Source: Fonticula alba ATCC 38817 (Eukaryota; Protista; Nucleariida). From it: a stretch of DNA of 9,254 nucleotides. The notes beneath the pieces were generated by a model. That model had not been told where the DNA came from. It made no database searches and saw only the letters and a program-made list of their open reading frames with translations. Each line of letters opens with the position of its first letter. Within the stretch, counting starts at the first letter, position 1. The stretch lies in the NCBI GenBank assembly GCA_000388065.2, contig KB932206.1. One strand, given 5' to 3'. The position numbers were made by a program, and so were the translations under genes. Shown one piece after another: positions 8,441-9,254 of the stretch.

Positions 8441-8599
8441 TGATTTCTACTACCCGGGGGCCATCTTCCTGTCGCCCGAGTGCAGCCAGCAGCTGGTCCG
8501 CACCCTGGACAAGGCCCTCTCGGCGCTGCACTTCTCCCTCTTCGTCAAGAACACCGACACTTCGCTGGAGGATGAATTCCGCGGGATCTTCAAGGTCTG
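8441..8599 (+). CDS. Gene 2 exon: C-terminal part of RUN domain
   Basis: CTGAC at 8411-8415, TGCAG acceptor ending at 8440. DFYYPGAIFLSPECSQQLVRTLDKALSALHFSLFVK matches the RUN end pattern (Y-x-x-x-A-hh...L-x-x-L-x-F-x-L). Ends at a phase-2 GTGCGT donor (8600). Confidence 0.8.
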
Positions 8600-8718
8600 G
8601 TGCGTTCGGATGCCCTGCCCGCCCCCGAGCCGGGTCGCGCCCCCCCCCCCCCCCCTCTCCTTCTCCCCATGCATTTTGCTTGGCGCTTCCCTCCCGCCAG
8701 CTGACACATCTTTCGCAG

Positions 8719-8880
8719 CATCCGAGCCTCCACCATCCAGAAGGCCGATGCCGTGCACCTGGAGTCGGCCTGCTCGTGGTGTCTCCTCCAACGAACGGTG
8801 CACATCCTCAGCTCCACCAACTTCAAGGGTGTCGACCATGTCTACATGTGCAAGTCTTGCGACCGGAGCACCACCTTTTG
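8719..8880 (+). CDS. Gene 2 exon: Cys-rich domain, first part (CSWC...CKSC)
   Basis: CTGAC at 8701-8705, CGCAG acceptor ending at 8718, phase 2 compatible. Reads IRASTIQKADAVHLESACSWC...YMCKSCDRSTTF. Ends at a phase-2 GTGCGC donor (8881). Confidence 0.75.
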
Positions 8881-9003
8881 GTGCGCACCTGGGTCGCTTT
8901 TTTTTTCTCCCGCAGACCACACGGCCAAGGGAAAGGCGCGGAAGGCCGGAAAGCGGCCCCGCATGTTTCCCTCCCACTGACGGGCCACAACCTCTTCGCT
9001 CAG

Positions 9004-9139
9004 CTCCACCCAATGCGGCGCCATGGCCCGTCTCCAGCCGAAGCCTTTCGAGTCGTCGCCCGGTATCTTGACCCTGGCCACCAATCAATTGGTTCCCAAC
9101 AATCAGTGTGCCGTCTGCCGCAATGATGTCCTCTCTTGG
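9004..9139 (+). CDS. Gene 2 exon: Cys-rich domain, second part (CSTQC...CAVC); the gene probably continues beyond the window
   Basis: CTGAC at 8977-8981, CTCAG acceptor ending at 9003. TG+C creates the Cys of CSTQC. Reads ...GAMARLQPKPFESSPG...NQCAVCRNDVLSW. Ends at a phase-0 GTGCGT donor (9140). Confidence 0.75.
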
Positions 9140-9215
9140 GTGCGTTCCGCCCGCCTCGGCCCGGCCCGGGCGCCATGCTACCCCGCGCATCCTGACACCC
9201 TTTGCTTTCCCCTCC

Positions 9216-9216
<1 letters not shown>

Positions 9217-9254
<38 letters not shown>
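9217..9254. repeat. C38+ homopolymer within an intron of gene 2, running off the window end
   Basis: Read directly; follows the donor at 9140 and a CTGAC at 9192-9196. Confidence 0.9.

Noticed and set aside
8595-8600. Alternative donor AAG|GTCTGG at 8595
   Set aside because: Phase 0 does not join the Cys-rich frame at the 8718 acceptor. GTGCGT at 8600 fits both the consensus and the phase.
8881-8915. Alternative acceptor TTTTTCTCCCGCAG at 8915
   Set aside because: It would give a 35-nt intron with no evident branch point and create TG+A = stop. The acceptor at 9003 has a CTGAC branch and completes a Cys motif.

Overview
GC-rich eukaryotic genomic DNA with short spliceosomal introns (GTnYGY donors, CTRAC/CTCAC branch points, YAG acceptors) full of C/G homopolymer runs. 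The style resembles a holomycotan protist such as Fonticula; that assignment is inference only. Two + strand genes are present. Gene 1 has 5 exons (687-929, 1106-1368, 1487-1630, 1720-4793, 4977-5530; 4278 nt, 1425 aa by my splice model) and resembles Asteroid/ASTE1-type XPG/FEN1-like PIN proteins, but it has lost several catalytic acidic residues and carries a very large low-complexity insertion. Gene 2 is partial, cut by a 901-N gap (7012-7912) and by the window end. It encodes a RUN-like domain followed by an 8-Cys putative zinc finger. The most striking feature is a perfect 142-bp tandem duplication (8115-8256 / 8257-8398) containing a complete 29-nt micro-exon with its splice signals: only transcripts that include exactly one copy stay in frame. 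Most ORFs in the supplied track are GC-rich shadows or gap artefacts. All family calls come from motif recognition by eye, not from database searches.
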